From contig CP086569.2 of the NCBI GenBank assembly GCA_009914755.4, positions 13,024,001 through 13,088,000 on the forward strand: DNA of 64,000 nt, given 5' to 3'. Position numbers and translations under genes: made by a program. The notes below the pieces were generated by a model, which made no database searches, was not told the origin of the DNA, and worked only from the letters and a program-made list of their open reading frames with translations. This document shows, one piece after another, positions 30,938 to 42,363 of the stretch (the stretch's first letter is position 1; each line of letters opens with the position of its first letter). Origin of the DNA: the human T2T-CHM13v2.0 reference genome, Homo sapiens.

Positions 30938-31616
30938 TTATCTTTGATCATCAATGTGTGGACAGCAATTAGTAAGGTTAACTTTCCCACAGATGCCACC
31001 TTCAGCTGCTGGCAAGTAGTCAAGAGCCAATCTCTTTTGATAGATAGCATTTCTCATCTGAGTTTCTTGCTGTGCCAGAATAGTCAAGGCTCTGACAGTC
31101 CTATTAGTGATTATTTTTAAGACAGATTGTAACCATATGATTTGGTTGAGCATGTAAATGGGGGTCCAGTATCCCCATGAGCCATCTTGTGCCCAAGTAG
31201 CAGGCCCACAATATTGTATGATTCTCTCAGGGGCCACTCATCATCATTCCAATTTCCTATGGCTATGCTTCTCTTTTCACAGGTCAGCATAGCAGGGAAG
31301 CCCAGGAGTTTGCCTGTCTTTATGGGCAGTAGGAAGAAAGATGTTTTAATAATGCCAATAACACTACTACCTGCCCACTGGTTGGGTAATTTCATGTAAG
31401 CTCCATGTCTCCATATCCAGTATAATCCAGTGGGGGCTGTCGAATCCTGGTGGGACTCTGGGTGGGTCCACACAATTTGCAACTTTGGGAATTTACCAAG
31501 TGGATTTTTCTTAGTGTGGTATGAACTCCACTAGGTGGTTGTTTTTGTAGTACTGTTATACAATTTTGCCCAAGGCACCTGAGTCTTCCCACAGGAAGGG
31601 TGAAGTCCTTCCCCAC
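30938..31616 (-). pseudogene. Retroviral env remnant (SU C-terminus and TM with immunosuppressive domain and CX6CC motif)
   Basis: ORF 30938-31237(-): ..[48 protein letters not shown].. (gamma-type TM ISD LQNRRALDYL..AEGG.C.....CC); ORFs 31117-31482(-) and 31392-31616(-) are upstream SU pieces. Confidence 0.8.
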
Positions 31617-31904
31617 TCTTGCTATACAGTATTGTCTAATGATTGAGGCTTTTAGGACCCAGTTATTAGATTGATTCTTTTGAGCCAGGAATTCATCAGG
31701 AACTGGGTCTGTAGGTAATAATTCTCAGGCTTCCCATGGCCATTGATCTTCCATTACAGTTCCTCCACATACATAACATGAAGTCACATTGAGAGACGGG
31801 CTACATGGTTGGCTAATTGCAAAAATAAATTTCTTGTTTTTCCTGGAATTTCTGATACTGGCACATTCAGTTCATCATGGAAGCTTTGAAATACTGGCTC
31901 GTGG

Positions 31905-32037
31905 CCGGGCGTGGTGGTTCATGCCTGTAATCCCAGCACTTTGGGAGGCCAAGGCGGGTGGATCACAAGGTCAGGAAATCGAGACCATCCTGGATAACAC
32001 AATGAAACCCCATCTCTGCTAAAAATACAAGAAATTA
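31905..32037 (+). mobile_element. Partial Alu (left monomer, young-looking) inserted inside the ERV internal region
   Basis: ggccgggcgtggtggttcatgcctgtaatcccagcactttgggaggccaaggcgggtggatcacaaggtcaggaaatcgagaccatcctggataacacaatgaaaccccatctctgctaaaaatacaagaaatt. Confidence 0.7.
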
Positions 32038-32316
32038 GACTGTAATAGGACTGCAGCAAATTTTTGTCCTACCTAAGTGACTTGATGCATACACTAGGAA
32101 CAGTCCTCATACTGAGGAAGATCAGTTGAAGTTCTTACTGTACAAGTCCAAATTTAAAGGAAAATGAGTCTCGCAAATTTTCTCACGCTTCAGCCATGCA
32201 TGGACCAGTCAGCTTCCAACTGTGACTGGAGCAGGGCTTGTCGTCTTCTTCAGAGTCACTTAGCAGGGGTTAGCAAAGCCGCTTCTGTCCACGTACACCT
32301 CACAGTCTACTGATGT

Positions 32317-32736
32317 TCAAGTATGGTCTCGGAGGTTGGGCCCACTAGAATAAACTGAGTCCAATACCTCTACACTGTTACGTTCAACTGGGCTCTCTGA
32401 TACTGGGAGCAAGGTGGCAGGGTTTAGGGTTTTGCAAACTTCAATGGTTATGCAGGAATTTTCAAATAGCAAGTTTTGGTACTTGGTTAATCTAGCATTT
32501 GTTAGCCAATGATGTCCTTTGGTATTCATCAAAGTTACCACAGCATAGGGGGCTTTTAAATTCAGGTTTTGCCCAAGAGTTAATTCATCTGCTTCTTGTG
32601 CTAACAGGGCCATTGCTTCCAGGGCCCTTAAACATAACCCTTCTAGTTGTTTTGAGAGATAGGCCACTGGCCTTAGCCAGGGCCCCACAGTCTGGGTTAA
32701 AACTTCAACTGCCATTTTTGTTTCTTTCTGACACAT
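32317..32736 (-). pseudogene. Retroviral pol remnant (RNase H / integrase junction), gammaretroviral type
   Basis: ORF translates ..[79 protein letters not shown].. closely paralleling MLV Pol [83 protein letters not shown]. Confidence 0.85.
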
Positions 32737-35700
32737 AGAGTGTAAAGGGTTTTGTCAGTTCAGGTAGCCCTAGGGCTGGGGCTGACATGAGTTTTTCTTT
32801 TAACTCATGAAAAGCTTGTTGCTGTTGGTTTTAATAGATGTAGTTTATCCAATCTACATTTTCATTAACTGTCACCCACCAAAATATTGACTCAAATCCT
32901 GCAGCTATTTGATTTCAAGCTTTAAATTGATCTGGTATTCCTCATGGGACTCCAACTATGTCTAAATAGATGTGAGAGTTGAAAGACCAATAAGGGGCTT
33001 ATCTCGCTTTACAATGTCTTATTTTTTTTTCCTTCTGGTTGATGAAATGCCAGGGTGAAAGGGATAGCCAATTGGACTAAAGTACAAGTGCCACTCCAAT
33101 TATTTGGCAGAGTGGCCAGTAAAGGTCCACCACAATACCACTACACATCCACTCTGAGACAAAAACAAGGGCTGACTGATTGATAAGCTAGTGAAAATTC
33201 TTAAGCTTACTGCATCATTTCAGGTCTCCACGGAACGCTGTTTCCTCCCTGTCATGAGAGACACGAAGGGAATTTAGTGTTGGGAAACAGAAGCTGGATG
33301 GTCCTTGGGAGCTGACCCACAGGCTGCTGAACTTTGGGATATAGCAGAGAGAGCTTGGCATGACTTATTACTCCAGGCTGTAGAATCCTGGAAAAGAGCT
33401 ACAATGCAGCCCATGCCTGGTCAACTGGAGGCCCACCTTAGTGGAAAGGGGACAATCTGGGCCTCTGGCCAGCCCTGTGCATTCTATGTTCCTCTAGTAG
33501 AATGAATGTATGATTTTAGGAAGCTACAAAAACCTTTTGGGGCAGTCCATCCTTGCTCTTTAGAGGTCCACAAAATGTTGGACAAACTATAGCATAAAAG
33601 CTCTACAGTGGGGGCAAGACTTCTGGTAGACACAGGAGTCTTCATTGAAATTTCCCCAGATTAAATGGTCCTCATTTATTAATGCCCAGTCTGAGGAGAG
33701 TCAGGAGGGACAGAGGTACTTTTCTGAAATAGAGAGCTGTCTTTGACTTGGCAAGTCCCACAGGGAATAACAAGGCAAGCATTAAATGCAATAGTTTGAG
33801 GCAAAATTGACTCGGTTATGTTAATAACTAGATGGTCAGCAATAGAGCAAGGAAAGAAGAAAGAGTAATGAATAGACAGAAGAGTTAAATTTTTCTTAGC
33901 TTTAGTTTGGTAGGGTTTCCCCCGGGACTATGGCCCATGACTCTGGAGGGGTTGGCACTTTCTTGACTCAGTTGTGATGAGTCCATCCTTTTTTTTGCTG
34001 GATGAACAGCAGTCTCAGTGGTTAGCAGCACAAGGTAGCGTCTTTCCCAGGCTGGTTTGAGTTTCCTTTCTTTTCACCCTTTGATGAGATCATGATCTTC
34101 AGGCTGGTGCTGGTGCTGGAAATTCTAGGGGTGGTACATGTGTTAAAAGACTTTTAGTTTTGAAGTAAAGGAAAGTGGAAGATAAACCAAGTATACAATT
34201 TTTAAGAAATTAACCTTTTGCTTTAAGTGTGGGGACATCAGCAGTGGACTTTATAGTCCTTGGTGCATTTCTACTGAGAAATTTCCTTTAGCACCTCTTT
34301 CTATTAGTTTCTGGACCAAAGAAGACAAACACAATTTTATATTTGACAATGCTTCCTGTATGATTTTTATACCAGATAAGCTAAAATTTCACCCTTATAT
34401 TAGCGTGTTATTAATATTAAACTTAGTTTTAGTAAAATCTTCTACACATATTTATTCAATTTATAGTGTTGGACCATAAGGAAAGATTTTTACAGACTCT
34501 TTTTAACCTTTTATAATCTTTGTTAACGAGGAGGTTAGTGCTTTAAGAAAAACCCATTGTGTTTTTACTTTAATGTCCAGTTCACAGAAAAACTGGATGA
34601 TACTCCTTTAACTTTAGCCAATATGTTTACACACAGAATTTTCTTTACAATTAATGTTTTAAAACTTGCTTGAACCTTCAAAACAAATTTTTTAACCTTT
34701 TAATGTAAATAAAATTTTACATTCTTAAAATCCTTTTATCAAAGGTATATTTTACTTTCCTTATACACCTTGCTTATAAACTGTTTCTTCAGTAGTACTC
34801 AGGAGGCCTAATTACTTTTAAATTATACAACATTTCTTGTGTAAATTCTTTTTATAACTTTTTTTCTCTTTCATGACTTTCACAGACAGTTCTTTGACGT
34901 GCCTCAACTTAATGACTTAATACAAACATTTCTTTCTTTAAACAACCAATTATATTTATTTCAGGACAAGAATTTAACACACAACATTTTTTTACATAAA
35001 TTTTGCCCACCTTTTTTTCCCTTTTTTTTGAAGATGATAACAATTCTTTTCCAAAGCGAACTTCCTTTATCTGTGGACTAGACTGTCTAAGGCCACAAGA
35101 TTAGAAGTTACTATAATACATGTTACATTGTAAATTTTTAGCAAACTTTACTTTTGTTGAAAACCCAGTAAGTTTGGGATTTCAATTATCCCTTGCTATT
35201 AATAAGATCTTGTTTAGTCCAAATTAACTTAGAATTGGTATAGATGGTTTTGTTTTTATTTCAATTACCCAGGAGGAAACATCTATCATCCTGTCCTGAA
35301 GCGAATTCATACTACATCTGGTCGGACCTTTGTATAGTAATTAAGATTTAGATACCCTGTTAGAAAACCTGCTGGGTTAAGGGAATTTTCAGTGGTTAAC
35401 GTTAAATCATCTTTTTTTTTTTTTTTAACTTAGGATACTTCTAAACTGTTGAAGTGTGCCCACAATGAGGTTTCCTCTAAAAGCTATTTTCTACTTTCTT
35501 CTGCTAGCAAAGAAGGTGCCACTACAGATTGAATTCATTTGGACCATCTACAGGTTACTGGGTTAAGGATTTTTAATAGGAAGGCTACAGGTTGCCGGTG
35601 GCCTCAGTGCTTTCGGGCTAAGCCCTTGTTTACACTTACAACAGGATTGTATTGGAGTATTGGCGGGTCATGGAGAAAACCATCAATTATCAATTACAGG

Positions 35701-35764
35701 TTTTAAATTTACCGTGGCTTTTAAAGGAATAGCATACACTTTATTTTTTCTTAACTACTTGTAT

Positions 35765-35935
35765 ATTTCTTTCTTTCTTTCTCTCTTTGACTCTCCATCT
35801 CTCTCTGTTTGACTTTCCTTTTGCCTCTGTCTCTTTCTCTCTCTCTCTGCCTCTGTCTCTCTCACTCACTCTTGAATCCCTCTTTGTCTTTCTGTCTCTT
35901 CCCCTCTCTTTCTCTCTGCTGGTCTTTCTTTGCCT
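35765..35935. repeat. Polypyrimidine (CT)n-rich low-complexity tract inside the ERV gag region
   Basis: tttctttctttctctctttgactctccatctctctctgtttgactttccttttgcctctgtctctttctctctctctctgcctctgtctctctcactcactc. Confidence 0.7.
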
Positions 35936-36164
35936 TTGCCAGCCGTTTATGCTGCTGTTCTCTCAACCACTGTGAGGGGTGGTCTAAAACCAGCTGTAAC
36001 CAACTCTCTATATATGGGAACTGGTCTGGGTGCCCTGGCTTACAGGTTACCTTGTGCCATACCTTTGAAACAAGGGACCTGTCCAGGCTTCCTTCTGATG
36101 GCCAACCCACCTCTAATACTGGCCAGTCTATCTTACACAAAGTTTTAAGTTTTCTTGGTGTCAT
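35862..36164 (-). pseudogene. Retroviral gag remnant (matrix domain)
   Basis: ORF translates MTPRKLKTLCKIDWPVLEVGWPSEGSLDRSLVSKVWHKVTCKPGHPDQFPYIESWLQL.. resembling MLV MA ..[57 protein letters not shown]. Confidence 0.8.
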
Positions 36165-36776
36165 AGTACTCTATCGTCTCCCTTAAATCTTTTCTTGAAA
36201 TTTTTCAACATGGTTCCTTGTCATGTGGGCTTACTTTGTGCCTGACCCATGCTTCCTTGAGACAAAACACCGTGCTCACACCACATGCACACCACAAAAC
36301 AAAGAATGGGGAAAAGGGGCACACACACACACTTTTACAGTATACACCAAACCAGAATCAAAACTAAAATCAGAGTATCAAGAAATCCAAGCCAGGTCAA
36401 AACCAAAACCAAACTAGCAAGTGATCCAAGTCATGTCAAAAACAAAACCAAAGTGCTGGTACAGGCATGCTGTGGGTGATTAGGGCATGCTTCCACCCAA
36501 ATGGAGTGGGCAAGTTCCAAAGACCAGTCTTACCAAGTTTCAGATGTCCAGACTCCAAGTGCCAGTTCCTGCCTGGTGTTCAGCCACTGCATAGATTCTC
36601 TGCAAGGGCCTGCCATGCACTGCTCTGGCAAGGCATTCTACTGGGGCAATTGTCTACATGGGAGTGCTCTCAGGTTCCATGTTGCTCAAGCTGGCCAGAG
36701 TCCCATGCAGGGAAGCTCCACAGGGCAAGCCTAAGCCACCTAAAGGACTGCCTCGACCATCCATTAATCACCTTGC

Positions 36777-36794
36777 TTCCTGGTCAGGGAACCA
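36777..36794 (-). promoter_or_regulatory. Primer-binding site, TGGTTCCCTGACCAGGAA (proviral sense), 17/18 complementary to tRNA-Glu 3' end (HERV-E hallmark)
   Basis: Plus strand ttcctggtcagggaacca lies 5 nt inside the 5' LTR edge (LTR ..ctgcttca tttct TGGTTCCCTGACCAGGAA); tRNA-Glu 3' end ..TTCCCGGTCAGGGAACCA. Confidence 0.75.
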
Positions 36795-36799
36795 AGAAA

Positions 36800-37246
36800 T
36801 GAAGCAGAACAAAACCCCTTAAACACCAAGTTAAAGAATGAAGGCCTTTATTCATCCAGGAGCTTCAGCAAGACTCATGTCTCCAAAAACTGAGCTCCCT
36901 GAGTGAGCAATTCCTGTCCCTGTTAAGGGGTTACAACTCTAAGGGGGTCCACATGAGAGGGTCATGATCAATTGAGCAAGCAGAGGATACAGGATTGGGG
37001 GCTGCATGTGCTGGGAATCAGAACAGAATAAAACAGGACAGGGATTGCCACAGTGCTTTTCTACAAAATGTCTGGAATCTATAGATAACATAACAAGTTA
37101 AGTCAGGTGTCGATCTTCAACCAGGCTGAGGATACAGCACCAGTCTATCTGTCTGTGGATTTCATTTCTGCCTTTTAGTTTTTACTTATTCTTTCTTTGG
37201 AAGCAGAAATTGGGCATAAGACAATATGAGGGGTGGTCTCCTCCCA
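36800..37246 (-). mobile_element. 5' LTR of the HERV-E-like provirus (LTR2-type), antisense
   Basis: Plus strand tgaagcagaacaaaaccccttaaacaccaagttaaagaatgaaggcctttattcatcc...tttcatttctgccttttagtttttacttattctttctttggaagcagaaattgggcataagacaatatgaggggtggtctcctccca; collinear with 30140-30583. Confidence 0.85.
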
Positions 37247-37422
37247 TAATGCAATATATGTGTATGCATAAATAGAATTTTTAACTGACAGTTGGGGTTT
37301 AACCAGGAATAAGGTGGGGAAATTGAGCCAACTACTTTGAGCATAAAATTTCAGTGGGCACCAAAACTTCAGCAGCCAAAATGTGAAATACTTTAATTCC
37401 ATATCACAAAAAATCAAAGTGG

Positions 37423-37720
37423 GCTGGGTGCAGTGGCTCATGCTTGTAATCCTAGCACTTTGATAGGCTGAGGTGGGTGGATCACCACAGGTCAGGAGTT
37501 CAAGACCATCCTGACAAACATGGAGAAACCCCATTTCTACAAAAAATACAAAAATTAGCTGAGTGTGGTGGTGTATGCCTGTAATCACAGCTACTCAGGA
37601 GACTGAGGCAGAGAATTACTTGAACCCAGGAGGCAGAGTTTGCAGTGAGTGAGATCACACCACTGCACTCCAGCCTGGGCAACAGAGTGAGACTCCACCT
37701 TAAAAAACAAAAACAAAATG
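37423..37720 (+). mobile_element. Alu SINE, full-length
   Basis: ggctgggtgcagtggctcatgcttgtaatcctagcactttgataggctgaggtgggtggatcacc...ttagctgagtgtggtggtgtatgcctgtaatcacagctactcaggagactgaggcagagaattacttgaacccaggaggcagagtttgcagtgagtgagatcacaccactgcactccagcctgggcaacagagtgagactccacc. Confidence 0.85.
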
Positions 37721-38039
37721 AATGCAAAAGAAATTGTGATGAATAAAAGATCCAAATTTTTAGTGAAGATAAATTCCCTTACTCCGAAAGAGCCTATTTT
37801 CATGTCCACATGCCCTTTGGAGGCTAAAACATACCCATGAATGGACAGGAAATGGACACACCTTTTTTCCTGTATTGTCCCAGGAATATTGATGGGATAA
37901 AGAAGGTGATGTGGGATGAAGATGTCATCGTTGGACTAACACCCTGAGGGCTTAAATGGGCTTCATTTGTGTTTCATTGATTCAAAACCAGAGCAAGCTG
38001 GTATTGAAATGACCACCTTTATTGTCATTTTCTTCTTCT

Positions 38040-38332
38040 TGTTTTGTTTTGTTTTGTGAGATGGAGACTTGCCCAGGCTGGAGTGCAACAGTGTGATCTC
38101 AGCTCACTGCAAACTCTGTCTCTGGGTTCAAATGATTCTCCTGCCTCAGCCTCCTGAGTAGCTGGGATTACAGGCATGCACCATCATGCCTGGCTAATTT
38201 TGTATTTTTAGTAGAGATGGGGTTTCTCCACTTTGGTCAGGCTGGTCTCAAACTCCTGACTTCAGGTGATCCACCAGCCTCGGCCTCCCAAAATGTTAGG
38301 ATTACAGGCGTAAGCCACCATGCCTGGCCACA
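38040..38332 (-). mobile_element. Alu SINE, full-length, antisense
   Basis: ttgttttgttttgttttgtgagatggagacttgcccaggctggagtgcaacagtgtgatctcagctcactgcaaactctgtctctgggttcaaatgattctcctgcctcagcctcctgagtagctgggattacaggcatgcacc...tttctccactttggtcaggctggtctcaaactcctgacttcaggtgatccaccagcctcggcctcccaaaatgttaggattacaggcgtaagccaccatgcctggcc. Confidence 0.85.
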
Positions 38333-38857
38333 TTTTTTTAGAGTCTGAAACAAACTCCACTCTGTCTTGCTAAAATTGCTAAGGTAGTTTTAAAGCAGAG
38401 CTGAGTATAATTGCATAGAATTGTTTAAAGACAGAACTTTACTTCTGTGGTCTTCCCCCAAGATCCTGGAAGCCTGTCTAATCATGAGAAAAGAATCAGT
38501 ATTAGAGGGTCATCTTACAAGATAAACTGTCAAGGCCATCAAACACAAGATACATTTGAGAAACTGTCACAATAAAGATAAGCCTAAAGAGACATGACAA
38601 CAAAATGTAATTTTGGGGTTCTGGAAGGAATCCTGGACCACAAAAAAGACACTAGGGAAAAACTGACAAAATCCAAATAAAGCTTGTACTTTAGTTCATA
38701 ACATAGTATCGTTATTAGTTCATTCGTTGTGATACATTTATCGTATAAATATCAAATATTAATAATATGTAAAACTGATTGTGGGTATAGAGGAAGTCTC
38801 TTTACTATCTTCACAATCTTTCTATAAATGTAAAGCTGTTAAAAAATAAACTCATTT

Positions 38858-39165
38858 GCCAGGTGCTGTAGCTCACACCCAAGGAAATCTCAGCACACTG
38901 GGAGGCCAGGGTGGGAGATCACTCAAGTCCAGGAATTAAAGGGCAGCCTGGACACTATAGTGAGGCCACTTCTATGTAAAAAAAAATAAAAGAAAAATTA
39001 GCTGGGCATGGTGATGAGTGCCTGTGGTCCCACTACTCAGGAGGCTAAGCCAGGAAGATGGCTTGAGCCCAGAAGGTTGAAGCTGCACGGAGCCATAATT
39101 GCACCACTTCACTCCAGAGCCTGGATGACAGACTGAGACCCTGTCTCTAAAAAAAAAAAAATAAT
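38858..39165 (+). mobile_element. Alu SINE, full-length, diverged
   Basis: gccaggtgctgtagctcacacccaaggaaatctcagcacactgggaggccagggtgggagatcactcaagtccaggaattaaagggcagcctggacactatagtgagg...ttagctgggcatggtgatgagtgcctgtggtcccactactcaggaggctaagccaggaagatggcttgagcccagaaggttgaagctgcacggagcc...ctgtctctaaaaaaaaaaaaa. Confidence 0.85.
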
Positions 39166-40797
39166 AAGATAAACAATTAACTTATTTTAATTTCTTTCAA
39201 CAATACATTCCAAACCTATCTAGTTTATTTTAAAGTACTCAAAGATGTTAAAATAACCCCAAAACTATACCCATATGCTGTAACTCAACCACTGCAAGAA
39301 TAGTTGTCTTGTGTTGATGTCTCCTCTTGCAGAGACCCATGTGCGTTTTCAGGCCCCTCAGTTCATGGCCTCTTCCATTTGTGGTACTCTAGTTGCCACG
39401 CTACTTCCAGAGAAAACTGATTGTTCCACCTGGACTGTGTCTGTCAACATTAAAAAAAATGACTGGAGAAAATTATATACTGTATCCTGCAGATATTGCT
39501 TAAAAGTAATCTTAAAAGCAGAGCTGAGCATCACAGCATATAATTGTTTAAAGATACAACATATTTTTTATATACTTTCGGTGTGCAACTGACCCCAAAA
39601 TGCACAACCAATGTTTCCCATCACAAGGGAGGAAAAAATAAGTTTTACTCTATCCTTTCTGAATTCCCATAATAAAAGACAGATTAACAAGAGGAAGACA
39701 TATACAGGTTTGCGAACATGTACACTTCTTGGGTCCATGAAAGATACCCCAGATAAAAGTGAGTACTTCTCAAAGAGGTGACTTTGACATCAGTGGATAC
39801 ATAAAAAATGTACCTTGGCTTGACATAGAAGGGAAAAACAACTTGAAGTGGGGGCTTCCAGGTTACAGATGGCTTTAAAAGTTTTCTGATTCGCAATAGG
39901 TTGAAAGGGTTAATATCAATAGAAAGGAATGTCTGGGTTATCATAAGGGGTTGTGGAAACCAAGGTTTCATGAGGCAGATGAAGCCTCCAGGTAGCAGGC
40001 TTCAGAGAGAATAAAATGATAAATGTTCAAGAACTTAAAAAGTTGTTTCTATCAGTAATTCCAAAACTAAAGAGGGCATCATAAGACCTGTCTGACCCCT
40101 ACATCCCATCATAGCCTGAACTAGCTTTTCAGGTTAACTCGGAATGCCCTTGGCTGAGAGGAGGGATCCATTCAGATGGTTGGGGCTAAGGGGGTCTTAG
40201 AATTTTATTTTTTAACTAGAATGAACTGTGTCTCAAGTCTCACAATAATAAATGAGTGTTTCAAGTACCAGTTGGATGACTCTCATTGCCTTTGTAGGCA
40301 TGATGAGGGAGCTGGTTTCTGCTACTAAATGATTGCCTGATTCTTGTAGCAGCAGAGAAATTTCTGCTCTAGGCTGTGGGCTTATTTATTACTATCTTCC
40401 TTTGGGCTTTGCCCTGTGGAAACAACTTTAAACAACTGAGGTAGAATTTACATACTGTAAAACCCACTTGTTTTCAGTGTAACGAGTTAATGATTTTTAG
40501 TAAGTTTACAGGGTTGGACCACCACCACAAGAATGATTTGCTGTATAACATTTCCATCAGTGCAAGAAGTTGTCAGGTGTTCATTTATATCTATATTTTT
40601 AAACATAGGGTCTTGCTGTTGAGGACTAAGCTCTGATTTTTTTCTTATGTTGCCCAAATTCCTAAGGGGTCTGAGGTATCATGCCCTACAATCCATAAAT
40701 TCTCATCAGATGGGTTTTATTCAACATTATATATCATAACTTACATTCCAGTCTGAATCTGGCATTACATTACAAGACAAGAAAATTGAAATAAAAG

Positions 40798-42363
40798 TGT
40801 TTCTTTGCCATACTTTGAAATGGCCCTGCAAATCTATCTTTTGCAGAGGAAAATTTACATCTGTAAAGAACATCTATTATTGTGTCTGAAATTGGTGGTT
40901 TCTTGGTCTTATAGACTTCAAGAATGCAGTCGCGGACCCTCACAGGGAGTGTTACAGTTCTTAAAGATGGTGTGTCTGCAGTTTGTTCCTTCTGATGTTC
41001 AGACATGTTCAGAGTTTCTTCCTTCTGGTGGGATTTTGGTCTCTCTGGTTTCAGGAGTGAAGCCGCAGACCTTCGCAGTGAGTCTTACAGCTCTTAAGGC
41101 AGCGCATCTGGAGTTGTTTGTTCCTCCTGTCTAGAGTTGTTCATTCCTCCAGGTGGGTTCGTGGTCTTGCTGGCCTCAGGAGTGAAGCTTCAGACCTTTG
41201 CCATGAGTGTTACCGTTCATAAAGGCACTGTGGACCCAAAGAGTGAGCAGCAGCAAGATTTATTGTGAAGAGCAAAAAAACAAAGTTTCCACAGTGTGGA
41301 AGGGGACCCAAGAGTGTTGCCACTACTGGCTCAGGCAGCCTGCTTTTATTCCCTTATCTGATCCCACCCACATCCTGCTGATTGGCCCATTTTACAGAGA
41401 GCAGATTGGACCACTTTACAGAGAGCTGATTGGTCCATTTTGACAGGGTGCCAATTGGTGCATTTACAATCCCTGAGCTAGACACAGCACGCTGATTGGT
41501 GTATTTACAATCCTCTAGCTAGACGTAAAATTTCTCCAAGTCCCCACTAGGTTAACTAGACATAGAGCACTGATTGGTGTGTTTGCAAACCTTGAGCTAG
41601 ACACAGGGTGCTGATTGGTGCATGTACAATCCTTTAGCTAGACATAAAAGTTCTTCAAGACCCACCAGATTAGCTAGATACAGAGTGCTGATTGGTGAAT
41701 CCATGAACCCTGAGCTAGACACAGTGTGCTGATTGGTGCATATACAATCTTCTGGCTAGACATAAAATTTCTCTAAGTCCCCACCTGACTCAGCAGCCCA
41801 GCTGGCTTGGCCTAGTAGATCCTGCAAAAGGGCCACAGGCAGAGCTGCCTGACAGTCCCATGGCATGCGCCTGCACTCCTCAGCCCTTGGGCAGTTGATG
41901 GGACTGGGCACCATGGAGCAGGGGGTGGCACCCATCAGGGAGGCTCAGGCTGTGCAGGAGCCCACTGCAGGGGTCAAGCATGATGAGGGCAGACCAGCAG
42001 TGCTGGGGGACCCAGCGCCCCCTCCACAACTGCTGCCCCAGGTGCTAAGCCCCTCACTGCCCATGGCCAGCCTCGCTGGCTGGCCAGCCACTCCAAGTGT
42101 GGGGACCACCAAGGCCACACCCACCCGGAACTCGCATTGGCCCACAAGTGCTCCACACAGCCCCAGATCCCACCCATGCCTCTCCCTCCATACCTCCCTG
42201 CAAGCAGAGGAAGCTGGCTCCACCTCAGCCTGCCCAGAGAGGGGCTCCCACAGTGCAGTGGCAGGCTGAAGGGCTCCTCAAGTGTGGCCAGAGTGGCCAC
42301 CAAGGCTGAGGAGGCACTGAGAGTGAGCGATGGCCACCAGCATGTTGTCACCTTTCATTATCA
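40798..42363 (-). mobile_element. Solo LTR12 (HERV9/ERV9 LTR), ~1.57 kb, antisense
   Basis: Reverse complement carries the ERV9 LTR layout: GC-rich U3 start (tgataatgaaaggtgacaacatgctggtggcc..), ~6 degenerate CCAAT-box tandem repeats (caccaatcagcac(t/a)ctgt(g/a)tctagct..), then ..cttcacaataaatcttgctgctgctcactctttgggtcc.. (poly-A signal/R) and U5 with ..ctgtaagactcactgcgaaggtctgcggcttcactcctga.. / ..ctgtaacactccctgtgagggtccgcgactgcattcttgaag.. Confidence 0.8.

Larger units (their letters stand above)
30140..37246 (-). mobile_element. HERV-E-like class I (gammaretrovirus-like) endogenous retrovirus provirus, ~7.1 kb, antisense: 5'LTR-PBS(Glu)-gag-pol-env-PPT-3'LTR, coding capacity destroyed
   Basis: Two ~445-bp direct repeats (30140-30583 and 36800-37246) ~85-90% identical by eye; PBS complement to tRNA-Glu 3' end; purine tract adjacent to 3'LTR; minus-strand ORFs with gag MA, pol RNaseH/IN and env TM motifs (see sub-features). 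Confidence 0.88.

Noticed and set aside
30136-37250. Target-site duplication for the HERV-E-like provirus
   Set aside because: The 4-bp flanks (agga / taat, or nearby alternatives) do not match convincingly. The boundary is uncertain by a few bp and the element is old, so no duplication is claimed.
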